Positions 38,366 to 54,000 of a stretch of DNA of 64,000 nt are shown piece by piece. Source of the stretch: Fimbriosthenelais zetlandica (Eukaryota); contig OZ365112.1 in the NCBI GenBank assembly GCA_977030845.1, positions 17,608,001-17,672,000 on the forward strand, written 5' to 3'. The notes beneath the pieces were generated by a model that ran no database searches, was not told the origin of the DNA, and saw only the letters and a program-made list of their open reading frames with translations. The position numbers and the translations under genes are program-made. The stretch's first letter is position 1. Every line of letters begins with the position of its first letter.

Positions 38366-38972
38366 TCTTTATAATGCTACTGTCATATCGTTTTAATAGA
38401 GACGAAAAACTAACCCTATCTCGGTCCAGATCGATCCCTGTAGCGCCCTCTCTCATTTAAGCCTTGTTTATCGACGGAAGATTCAGGAACTAATGATTTT
38501 CAAGATGGCCGCCAAATTTATCGGATGGCACAAACCTCAGTTCAGCGTTTGGCCGCCTAACGGGAGGGCGGTAGCGTCGCTTCATTCCCATCCACTTTAA
38601 GGCCTCCTAAGAAAAAAATAAACAATAAATGAAGCGGATTCCACTCCTAGCTCACTGCTATCTTTGTAATTCTACTGTCATATATCGTTTTTAAACAAGA
38701 TATTATGGTTTTTCACGAGATAAAGACGAAAAACTAACCCTATCTCCGGTTGAGATCGATGTCTGTAGCGCCCTCTCCCACTTAAGCCTTGTTCATCGAC
38801 GGAAGATTCGGGAACTAAAGATTTTCAAGATGGCCGCCGTGTTTACCGGATGGCACAAACCTCAGTTGAGCTTTTCGCCGCCTACCGGGAGGGCGGTAGC
38901 GTCGCTTCATTCTCATCCACTTGAAGGCCTCCTACGAAAAAAATAAACAATAAATTAAGCTGATTCCACTCC
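38366..38972. repeat. Tandemly duplicated ~280-310 bp unit (38366-38647; 38661-38972) with a GC-rich ~248-bp core; candidate ncRNA or promoter module
   Basis: The cores 38400-38647 and 38724-38972 align with about 23 differences by eye (~90% identity). A short AT-rich upstream block is also shared. Confidence 0.85.
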
Positions 38973-39386
38973 CACTTCCACTTCCACCCCCGAACGGATA
39001 TGTCACCAAGTGAGGAAATCTGGAACTAAACGCTTGGCCTTGGGCGATAATAAGGGATCGCCAGTTGTAGCCTCGGTGACATAATCATAAACCTACCGGT
39101 AAGGATCAATTTTCAGACAGTTTGTTAGTCTGATTTTTTAAAATTATTTTCTATGTAGAAACAACATTTTTATTGAGAACAACTATTTATAATCTCCCAT
39201 ACAATGTTTGTGTATTGAGGTTATTTAGACATAAACAAAGATGGCGGACACAGGAACCGAATTTGGCATATGCAAGTTATACTATTCTAGATATTCTGAC
39301 ATTCTAAGATCCAGAAACATTTCACTCATCTAGTAAGTTGTATATAATTGAAGAACGCGTAGACCTGCCTTATATAGATCTTTAAC

Positions 39387-42300
39387 ATGACTGACGTTGA
39401 AGGAAACGGTTGTGCAATGCTCCCTGCCCCAGAGTCTCTGCCGATAAAAAGTTTGGAAGATCTGGATAAATGGCGACCAGAGGCAAAAGAAAACGTAAGC
39501 TCAATGAGTACGATCCCCCTAATGTCTGCCACTCCAACAGACAGGCGACAAACACTTATCTGTCACGATATGGCTGGTGGATACCTCCATGACAGGTATG
39601 TATAAATTAATGACTTCATTTTTAATATTTAATTTTTGGTACCGGTACCGTACATGCTATAAGTATAAGAATAGTAGGCCTACCGGTACCGGTAGTGTCA
39701 GCGATTGTGATTTTTGTAGGTTTACGCATGGAGCCTATAATATTCAATTATTGTTGACCTTTTGGCGGTAGGCTTCAATAGAATAGTAATTTAGTCCATA
39801 TGCCTGTCATAAAACATATAATATACGGGTATATTTAAATTCCAGGTTCCCACAAGGCAGCTGTGTAGGAGATGCCTATAAATTCTACAATTGGCAGTAT
39901 GTAGACAGCTTCGTCTACTTTAGCCATTATTTTGTTACCATACCTCCTCCTGGCTGGATAAATGCCGCCCACAAACACAACGTCCGGATTTTGGGTATGG
40001 CACCAATTAGTACCATTACCATTAAAGACAGGCCTGAACCATAGACCTCAATCAGGAATACCAATCAGGCTAGCAGTCTGGCAACTTAGATTTTATTTTT
40101 TAGTCATTTAAAATTTTTAAAAATGTAGGTGCTAATAATTTACTATCTTCTTCTGTAACTGCTAAATGGAAACTTCATGCAAGTAGGCCTATTTCCATGC
40201 TTTTTATAGGCACCCTGATTACTGAATGGGATGATGGTCTGCAGCGTTGTAAGGACTTTCTTGCATCAGAAGATGCCTATATGAATCTTGTACAGAAACT
40301 TACCCAAGTCGCCAAGCATTACGGCTTTGACGGCTGGCTTGTCAATATCGAGAATGTGATCGAGGTAAGTTGTAGATCTCAAATCTCAAGATCCCAAATA
40401 ACATCCGAGCTACCTCTACCTATTACAATTGTCAAAAACATTTGATAAGTATATCACTTAGTCTTACCCGAATAAATATATAATATGGTAGGCATATCAT
40501 TTATTTGATTGAATACAGAAAACAATTTTTCTCTGATGTCTTTCTGTCATCAACTTAAAAGTAAGAATCATGGGAAATTTTTGGAATATGCAGGAAGAAA
40601 AGGTGCCTCTAATGGTAGATTTTGTACGCCAGTTGACAAAGTCAATGCATGCCGTTATGCCTTATTCTCAAGTCATCTGGTATGACAGTGTCATCTCTAC
40701 AGGTAAACTCCGATGGCAAAACGAACTCAATGAAAATAACTGGTAGGATGTCCCTAGAATGTACTTACTCCTTTTTGAAATTATACATCTTGATAATCTA
40801 ATTGATAAAGTAACGTATTAAAATCCTGTTGCATAATGTCTACCAATTCCCTTCAGCATGTTCTTCAATGTATGTGACGGAATTTTTCTCAACTACGGCT
40901 GGAAGGATGAGAGTTTAGAAAGGACCCAGACTTGGCTCACCAAGTGTAATCGACCGTATCATGCATACGTTGGTGTCGACGTGTTTGGTCGTGGGTGTAG
41001 AGGTGGTGGAGGATTCAACACTATAGAGGTAAATTCTCCATCGTGTGGGAGGCTCTCAGAATAAATGTAGATTGACAAGTAAGTCAAGTGCATTCTAAGC
41101 GCAATCAAGTAATATTTGTCAATGATCCTTCCACAGCAATAATATCTCATTGATATTATTTGACTAATTTCAGGCTGTCCAAGCTGCCGTGGACCATGGC
41201 CTCTCGGTTGCTATCTTTGCTCAAGGCTGGGTTTACGAGAAGATCCAGAAAAAAGAAGAATTCACTCAAGGCGAGAACAAGTAAGTATTCATTTCACAAT
41301 TCATATTACAAAGATATAAATAGACTAAATCGATGAGGCCTTATCTCTGATTGCACTAATTTTCTCGGCTTGCTAATGCCTTGCTTCTATTCTTCGGTAG
41401 GTTTTGGAGTCTAATTCACCATCTGCTTCTAAGTCATCCGTCCCTCACTTTGCCTTTCTCCACTTCTTTCTGCCATGGTCAAGGGGACAATTTCTTCACT
41501 AATGGAGAGGTATAGTAGTGATTATGTCTTCAAAATATTAATTGTTGTGGAAACTTAAATGTGTTTTGATGTCACAATCGTTTGGTAATTATAATGTAAA
41601 GTATCTAAAAGTATTTCACAGAGCAAAATATATTGTCATGGAAATTTTAATTCTGCAGATAGCTAAACCTGGGCCATGGACGAATCTGTCTCTTCAAGGC
41701 TCGCAGCTCACCTACACCAACTGTCAGTTTAAGCAGCCCGGTGCAGAGGAGGACAAGCACAGCCGTGCCTTGAACATTAACAAAGTTGACGCCTTTATAA
41801 GTGGTAATTCACTTCAGCTCTCAGGGAAGATGACCAGAAAAGACCCGCATCTTACGTTCAGGTGAGACAGGCCTCATGGTAAAAGATTAAAAAGATAAAG
41901 CGAAAGTGGAATTACGTGTATTTTTATTGTTTATATATACTAACTAACCACGAAGAATTGTTAATGGTTATTGTAATTTTAGTCTCTTCGATGCCTCCTG
42001 CCCGCTGCCAGAACAACTGTACTCCTGCTTTTCCTACAAAGCCATCCCTGACCCTGAAGTTGAGCTATATCTCGACCTGAAGATCAAAACTCCCACTGGT
42101 GAGCGAGTGACGTCACTAGGCGGTATGACTGGAGTTGGTGACGTCATCAAACCTCTGACCCAGGAGGAGGCTGCCAATCTACTTAATAACTACCTGCTTT
42201 GTAACGGAATGAATGGCTGGAATTCTAGGTATGTATTCTCCATTAGTCAGCCTATTTAATAGGTTTAATATTTCCAGAACACCCTGCATGTAGTTGGACT

Positions 42301-42960
42301 ATGCTATATTGTATACTGTTCCTTGGTTAATCTGTTTTTGATAAAATGTGATTTACCACGTGATTTACTATTTCAGGCATTACGTATTCGATGTTGGAAC
42401 AGGTTGCAGTCTGTTAGGTATTGAAGCTAGGATTGTCAACACTCTAAATACAGATGCTGATATACACATCCTACTTGGACATTTCCAGGTGAGTGCCGCC
42501 AAGCCCTTGTTCAAGAACTTTTGTTTGAGTAATTAAAAAAATATTGTTATTAATATTTGCGAATATTTCATTACAGCTTGTTGATGTAGAATCATTGAAT
42601 GAGCTCCCTCTGGTTACAAACCTTCACGTGGCAAGGAGTCGGGTGACCCCCACTAAGACTGAAGAGGAGGAGAAAGAAGGGAAGGAGAAGGGTAGTGATC
42701 GCCAGGAAGATGAGGGAAAGAAGCTGAGCCTAGAGTTACAATGGACTTTCCCTCAAAATACAGCTGACTACTACAGTATTTATTACAGACCATCAGGCGG
42801 GTTAGAGTGTAAACTGGTGGGACATACTCATGCACCTATATACCGTGTGGAGAATCTTGATCTTAACCAGCAAGTTGCCATGGTAACCTTCAAGGTGGAA
42901 CCCATGCTACGATCTGGTCTCAAACCGAAAAAATGCGCGGAGGTTAACCTGGATGTGTAA
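39387..42960 (+). CDS. ENGASE: Cytosolic endo-beta-N-acetylglucosaminidase (GH85), multi-exon
   Basis: TLICHDMAGGYLHDR, FVYFSHYFVTIPPPGWINAAHKHNV, GTLITEW, GFDGWLVNIEN (catalytic NxE), VIWYDSV, CDGIFLNYGW, YVGVDVFGRG, SVAIFAQGWVYE and a C-terminal Fn3-like exon. Confidence 0.93.
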
Positions 42961-44181
42961 ATATGACAAGAGGAGCAGGTTTGCAATGTAAGTGATATGA
43001 ATTTAATCAAGGATTTAATGCAAGAAATTTGATAGATTTATGTGATATAATATGCATACTACAATTATATATCTACCATACACTATTTTCAGAGGTCGAG
43101 TTCCCTTTTGAACGTGGGACCGCAATATTTACTTCTAATATATCATGTAGTATGTGTGTCGTCTCATATTAACAGTTTATTTTTGTCAAAACGTGACACA
43201 ATTAATAATCACTATAAGATTTATTCTAATATGCGAGTATCTGTGAATTTATAGTAGATTGAACTGTAATCATGAAAAAAAATCCCTATCAATAAGGAAT
43301 ATAATATGACTGTAGGAGGACGAATGTTCTCTGATAGAAGTACACCAGAATCAAACTGCATTCTCTACAACTTTTTATTGTTTGTCTTGTATAATCCATA
43401 ATAACATTATTGTTGCAATCAGGATTTATTAATTACATGACATTCGGATAAATTATTGGGAATCAAGTGGTTTAAAGTGGCATACCATTTTTTAATGAAC
43501 AAAATTGTTCTGTAATGTTCCTAATGAAAAAATAACTTGCTATGAGCATTTACCTTTTAGATCTCTGGATTATTCATATTTTCTGGAATGATACATAGCA
43601 GAAGGTGACATCAGAGAAGTAAGATAAAAATAGAAATATCCAATAAAATACCCTAATATAATATAATATGAATTATGACACATCTGTCCAACCGAAGAAA
43701 AAAACTTTAGTAAAACATGAGAAATTCTTGAACGTGCTATTATGCATTTGAACCTCCTTCATTAACCTGAGGGTGTATGTTAATACTTTGACTATTTATT
43801 TCACTATATTGATCAAAACCCGGTGAATCAGCAGCATTGACTTATCTTATCGCATATATTGACAAGCACACTAGTGGGGTGAAGACGGGTAATAACATTC
43901 TGAATTTATCTATGGCCAATAAGGGCGTATCAAATTAATTTGAAAAAGGGAGACAAAATATAATATAGAACAGTGAGCACCTAACTTCACTCTTTTATCT
44001 ATTATATATCTTCAGCTTGGAGTCAGTATAAAGATATTTATATCGACTTTAAAGCTGATTATATATAATGAGACTATAACCTGGGTTTGATGGCAGTTAC
44101 ATTGGAATGTTTGTAGAGAGAGCTTTGTAGAAACTTCTATGTTAACGACCTTGAGACCATTTATTGGCATTAGTACATGAA

Positions 44182-47315
<3,134 letters not shown>

Positions 47316-47949
47316 GACTCGTGGTGACGTGGGTGGGAACCTGGAGAGGTTCTGTGGGCTCTTCAAACATATAGAATTATAAGTTAGTCTCTTTTAAAGA
47401 CTCTACATTATAGTGATGATTATAAAACCACAAAGCTGTCAAATGATGTCAAAAAAAAGGACGGAAATGTAAAACGGAATCCAACTTTTGAAACCAATAA
47501 TGTTTGAACTCATTATGGGCGTGCTCATTATACGACCATTACTCACATGCCCCAGGCTGGATGGATGGCGGCGCCTTGGCATGATACTTTAGTATCTGAG
47601 GCGAAATTTTCAATGCGTTAATTACTTGAAATATAATTTCATCAGTAGCTATTAATTAGTGAATCTAAAGTGAAAGCTCTGTGCATGTGACGACCCAAAA
47701 TGCTCAACCAAAAAGATGAAGATCAGTGGAACCACATATGTGTATGGCTGATTTAATCGTTGTCATATGGATTACCATATGCTGTTAGAGATAACGCTTT
47801 ATTTATGTGTGTACATCTGTCGATCTGTAACAACAGTATACACCTTTGCTGATAAAGATCATAAAGGGATAAAAGCATCAATATATGAAAATAAACTACA
47901 TGCAATATAAATTTAATAGCTCCTCAATGGATGTAAGCAGAGTTGTACG

Positions 47950-48333
47950 TCACTGGTTATCCGGGTTGTCCCACTCCCAACAACCTAAAAATCCTCCAGG
48001 CAACCTGAACACTCGAGGATATAGTTGCCTGGTGGACAACCTAATTAATGTGAAAGAGAAATTTATTAGCCGGACAACCTTAATATTTCATGCGGACAAC
48101 CTTGGTCAGGAAGCTGCATACTTGACACGTATACCCTATTAATAAAAAGCTAGGTTCCCTGTAGGCTTTATCAATGACCAGTCACCTGTGTGCTCAGGAA
48201 TTTCAAAATTTTCCCTCATGTGGACGGAAACGATTAATAACCGATTCATTAACATGCCATTACTATTTACATCCATCTCATAATGTTTCCCGTACCAACG
48301 TGTTTCACATGGATAAAATATGCCCTGAGGCAA
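47950..48333 (-). mobile_element. Possible decayed hAT-type DNA transposon fragment
   Basis: Short ORF 48139-48333 contains FYPCETRWYGKHYEM, resembling the hAT TRWxSxYxM motif. Adjacent DNA has repeated GGACAACC motifs and a CCAGGCAAC/GTTGCCTGG inverted repeat. Confidence 0.3.
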
Positions 48334-50452
48334 CTCACTTCATATATACGGAGATTCTTTAATTCGGATATGAGGGGGTCAGTTAAAGTTCATGAAACAA
48401 TGTTGATTACCTCGAGATTCATATTAGAATTTAGACAAAGAAGAAAAATGAGGTGTGTGTGTGCGGGCGGGGGGTGTGGTTGAATACCGGTACTTGTAAA
48501 TGTCCATCAGGAAAGAGCTAAAGCAAGCATCTACATCAAATAAACCTGAATACAATGTAAATCCACAATCTCCCCAAGTAGGCTACAAGATCTCTCATTC
48601 CAGGGTCACGCGCTATAAACTTTGTCCATACTCCTCCCAGAAAGTAAATTTGGTGGAGATGAGTCGCAAGACAATATCTGATAAATTCTACTCGAATTGG
48701 GGTTTTACTGAAATAAACTTGGTATTCATTTTCGGATTTCTCTTGCTTGAATAAATCAATAAAATTTAATAAAATAATCTGAGTATATAGGCCTAGGCTA
48801 CTAAATATCATGATTACGACTGTGTGTCTTCTTATTATGGAATTTAGCCCTGAAGAAGCCCCAAGCTAGAGGGAGCGATTTTTTTTATCATTAATTTACC
48901 AAGCATTTATGGAATATTACAACTTAGATATATAACCCTATTCACTTGCTAATAAAAAGAAGTCTATATTTTTGTTTTCAAATGGCAGAACTTTGTCATT
49001 CATAATAGGGGATAATCCATATATGGGTACGGGGTAATGTCAAGTTGAGAGGGGGAAACAATAACTCAAAAGGGTTGTATGTGGGGATTAATTGGGGTAA
49101 GGGGTGCGTGAATAAACTTGCTCAATTTTATACAGCATTGAACACTTCTTGTCCTAGCATGAATTGCAATGCTCAGCATAAATATAATGCCATAGAAATA
49201 TCTGCACGAAGCGGTATTCTTAATTTAATATTAAATTTATATAAAGAGCAAAATAAGCCATAATATAATATTTCCATTGTTAGTCTGCATGAAATTCTGT
49301 CTACGTCTGACGAATACTTTGTTGTTGTCCTGCATAATAATAATAATTGGGAAAACTATTAAGAAACATTTCTGTCATGTAGAGTCTACCTACCTGAGTA
49401 TGGATGAACGACCACTGAGCTGGAGTAGAGTCAAATGTGGGAGTGACCGTAGTAAAGTTGGTCCCTATACTATAGACCTAGTCCAACCTGAGTGGGACAA
49501 ATGAGCTTCATGCAATTGGTCTACCTGTGGGGTCCTGATGGGTGGAGACGCTTGAGAGGCCCATAAAGGAAACTTACTTCTAAAGATCTACAATAAATGA
49601 AAATGTTTTCCTTCAATTTGCTAGGCTTCAGCTCAAGTCAAGAATAGATCGTTTGGCACATTATATTTATTAGGCCTACCATGTACTTCTGCAGCGTCTA
49701 CTCCAGATCATCTAGGCTCTATTTGAGAAACAATTAAACATAGAGGGAAAAATTATCTAGTTAATTATTAGAGTCATACCGTAGGCCTACCGGTAATTAA
49801 TTACCGGTATAGGCATAGACTAATAATTATTATAAGGCTAATAGAGTTGCTCAGAGCGGGAACGGTGCCCTACATAGGTTACATGCGGGAACGGGAACGA
49901 GGCGAATATTATGTCTAGTAAACTAGGGGCCTAAGCCTAAGGGCTAAGCCCCAAGGTAAGCCCTTTGAGGATTCAGCTAAGCCTAGACTACAGTAGGCCT
50001 ACAACTAGCCTATAGACTAGTACACAGAATATTCAGTGCATCGGGTCGCCTACATCGGTGCATGGTTTTCTTTTTAACTTAAAGCTATATTTTTCATTAA
50101 TCATGTTATTAATTTATAGCCAATGTAGTACCGTAATATATACACACTCAAGTCTTGCCATCACGTCAATCAGGGCTCGCCTATAATATATTATATGGGC
50201 CTGCCTCAGACTCAGTGCTGGCTGTGTCGTGGTCTAGACAAGTCAAGAGATGCCTGAATCAAACGGGCAGTATTATCCAAAGTTTTCATTATGTCATCGA
50301 ATAATAAACCAGGTACAAACCTACATTAATTTTTTTAGTGATTAGGATTAGTTCTTCAAGATTTTCCAGGCCAGAGATGTACCGAACAAGCAGAAGGAAC
50401 TTGAGACGTTGTCTTCTCACAGCGTCCGCCGCGCCACCTACAGTTTCCGGCG

Positions 50453-50489
50453 TGACGTCAGCACAGGTCACATGATCTAGTCACATGAC
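50453..50489. promoter_or_regulatory. V-ATPase a promoter: CRE plus two M-box/CLEAR-like E-boxes
   Basis: TGACGTCA at 50453-50460, GTCACATGAT at 50467-50476 and GTCACATGAC at 50480-50489, in a GC-rich patch about 600 bp upstream of the ATG. Confidence 0.6.
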
Positions 50490-51069
50490 TGTTATTGATC
50501 GTCCAACAGGGAGGCCATATTCAGCTGCTATTAACATTTTGGGGAAGGAAAGAATCGACATTTGTAAGAATCAGGTACGGTTTCTCTATATTTTACATAT
50601 CGGGCATATTAATGATTAAACTCTGCTCCTGTAGAACAATCGGCGTTTCACATAATAGTGGAGAAAGTAGTGATTTCCTGATTTTTTAAACCGGTGTCGG
50701 TGAGTGGGTTGGGCATCTAGATTCATTATTATGTGAATGTCATGTGATGATCTTGACTTCACTCTTCAGTTCCCATCACTGACGGTAAAACCTTAGTGTT
50801 CTTATTTCTATTAGATCAATTTAGACTTAATAATTTGTTTCTGTGATCACTGCCGATAATCATAATGAAGAAAAGATATAATAACATAGCCCACAACGCA
50901 TCTCACTCTGTACAGACTGTACGTTCAGTCTTCAGTCCACACTAAATGTCTGACTCTAATTACGGTAATTACTAAGAAGCTTTGAAGCCAATGAAGGTGG
51001 TCATTTTGTTCAAGATTTTTGTAACGTATATTTGCTTGTTTTTGTAGGAGGCAGCTGTAAATCAGCGTG

Positions 51070-54000
51070 ATGGGGTCGTTGTACCGGAGTGAGGAGATGA
51101 CCCTGTGTCAGCTCTTCCTGCAGTCTGAGGCGGCGTACGCATGTGTATCAGAGTTAGGAGAACTGGGTCTTGTACAGTTCAGAGATGTATGTTTAAATTG
51201 ACTTTTGCAACGACTTTTATCAGTTTTAACACCTGAAAATATTTTGTAGTTGTTGTGATAATCTCCTCTAAATATATCTTGCCTTGTAGGCCTATTTTTC
51301 GTTCACTGTCATACCGTAATAGACTACAGCCACGGGTACCAGGTGGCAGACCTGTATTCATAAATTATGACATAATCATGCGATAGGCATATAATAAGTT
51401 AATAACTGAATAGTATACCTTTAGGCCCCTATTCTGGCTATAGCCGTACAGTCTATGCCTATAATCAAAATGAATGAATTACTATTTGAAATATGGTGTA
51501 CGGTAAACTGAATTAACCGTTTGATTTTAGTTAAATCCTGACGTTAACGCCTTCCAACGCAAATTTGTCAATGAAGTGCGTCGCTGTGATGAAATGGAAA
51601 GAAAGCTAAGTAAGTACACCAACTTGTGGTTTGGTTAGCATAATTTAATAATGCCATATAAGGACTATTTTTATGTCAAGTTCTGACAATTAAGTAAGTC
51701 TAAAGTTTTGGTATTGAATGCCCCAGCCATTAAGGTATAAAGTCGTTTTAAGAGAACGGAATACTATGGAACTGTATACTTTATTTCTGGCCCGTATTTT
51801 TCACAGGATTTTTAGAGAAGGAGATAAAGAAAGATGGAATCCCCATGCTTGACACAGGCGACAATCCTGATGCCCCTGCACCAAGAGAAATGATCGATCT
51901 AGAGGTAATTCTATTGAAATAATATCCGAGTTAAATATTAATCATATTCTAAAAATACTAAATAATATGAATGATTTTATGGAAACTTGAAGTCCAATAA
52001 CTTTTGATCATGATATTTTTAATGTGATATCAAAACAACTTCTTCGCGCTGCCGTGTTGAATGTTAAAAAGGTTTTAATAAATATATCCCTTTGTCTTCA
52101 CAGGCAACATTTGAAAAATTAGAAAACGAAATGAAGGAAGTCAATGCTAATGCAGAGGCCTTGAAGCGAAACTTCCTTGAGTTAACCGAACTGAAGCACA
52201 TTCTTCGTAAGACACAGAACTTCTTTGAAGAGGTGAGTGATTATTACCATCTGATAGAGAGAAAATAATGGCAAGTGATACTGAGTCATTTATACTGACG
52301 TACTTAGCATCATTGTTATCACATATAGAGAATTGTATTTTTCAAAATAAACTACTCCGATAGAAACATTATTATAGTCTCCCAATACGAATCCAGAGTT
52401 GCCATTTTTGAACAGTATAAATTTGCGAATATTAGATCGATTCTTTATCATTAATTTCTCCAAATTACCACCAAATTTCTTATGTGTTTGTTCAAAAATG
52501 ATGCCTGCTCTGGGTTTGTTTGTGAGGAATTTGATGTCAATCTGTGCCATAGCCGTCCATGGCTCATACCACTTAATGAAACATCAGATAAATTCAGATA
52601 AAATACAGTGATTGATATTAAGGTATATATATTTCTGGGGATTCTTTGATGGGGATGGTGCTTAATATCGTAGCTTTCCGTGGCATGAGTTTGGACGTTT
52701 ACTTTGCATGGTTTCTAATGATACTGACATTGCTGTTCTTGCCTTGTATACCTTGTATAGTTTTAATTGTAGCCCTTGCATGGTCGTTGTTCAATGTTGT
52801 TTCATTATTAAAATGTTACCTGTGCCAGCCCCCGCATGATAAACATAGCTTTAGTACTGTTATATATCTAATGTACATTAAAACTTTAAATACATATTGA
52901 ACACATCAAAGAAGATACTCCTCGAGAAGATTTAGACCTCCAGTGAGGTCAACTCTATTGAGGCACATGTTTTTAATGAATATAGAATTTTAGGTTTATT
53001 TTGAAGTACTTTAGAACTCAAGACCCTACATGTCCCCGAGGTATATTTTGAGTATCGTTTATCAGTGCTTGTTGCCTGTGAAGATTTCCCTGTGTCCTGT
53101 GGATTTCCACTACATTTTAGCCCTAAACCCTCCTATAGAGAACATCCTCCATTTATAAATTAAAAACACATGAAAACGGCCCCAAAGGTAATATTTAGCA
53201 AAACCTATACCACTGATAGTATAATAACAATTTATCTTTAGTTCTAATACACGCCATGAATATAGCCTTAGCAGCTGGCATGGCATTAAATCACCGTTCA
53301 TTCATTAATTCTAATACCGTACGTATTCTAATAATTTAGCTCTTGACAAGACTAGTCTAATGTGTAAAAATCCCCTAACTCTCAAGGCAACATGATGATC
53401 TTTTAATGCAGTCTTTCCCCTGACAAAGTCTAACGTTATTTGCAATTTTCATAATGGAACTTAGACCTCTTGAAAATTCTATCATTTTATCACTTGACAA
53501 ACAATTCCTTGGCTTTTATAATTCGCAAATCATACAAGATGTTCCCTGTCCCTTACTGGCACATTAACGTTTACCTCTCTTCACATTAACCAACTCCTTG
53601 CCGGGCTATTAAGAGGGAGGGTTTTAGTTTATTATGTTGTGCCTCATAATTCTGTTGACCCAGGCGGATCTTCACACTCAGGCTATGGCAGACCCCTCAC
53701 TAGCCGACGAAACGGTGGGGCTGTTGGTAGAGGAAGCGCGCCCCGGTGGACAGGCGCTGCGACTAGGGTCAGTAGTTCGTTATCATTAGTTTCTTTGCTT
53801 ATTTTATTTCATTAACCCCCTTCCTCTCAAACTAAGAAAGAAGCGTTGGCCTTTCCACTTTCGTCTCCCTTTCTCTGATCATTGCTCCGCTCTGACAAAA
53901 CGTTGAACGTGAACCATGAATATAGAACAAGGAACAGCAGAATAGTGGTAGGCTTGGGATGGGCATAAGCAGGGCTAGTAATAAATAATGTCTAGATGCG

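Noticed and set aside
38500-38930. Protein-coding reading of the duplicated unit (EAFKWMRMKRRYRPPG..., histone-H3-like RYRP)
   Set aside because: Differences between the copies are mostly non-synonymous, so there is no coding constraint.
47325-47332. UPRE-like TGACGTGG just upstream of the TGDS ATG
   Set aside because: A single 8-mer inside the probable 5' UTR; insufficient alone.
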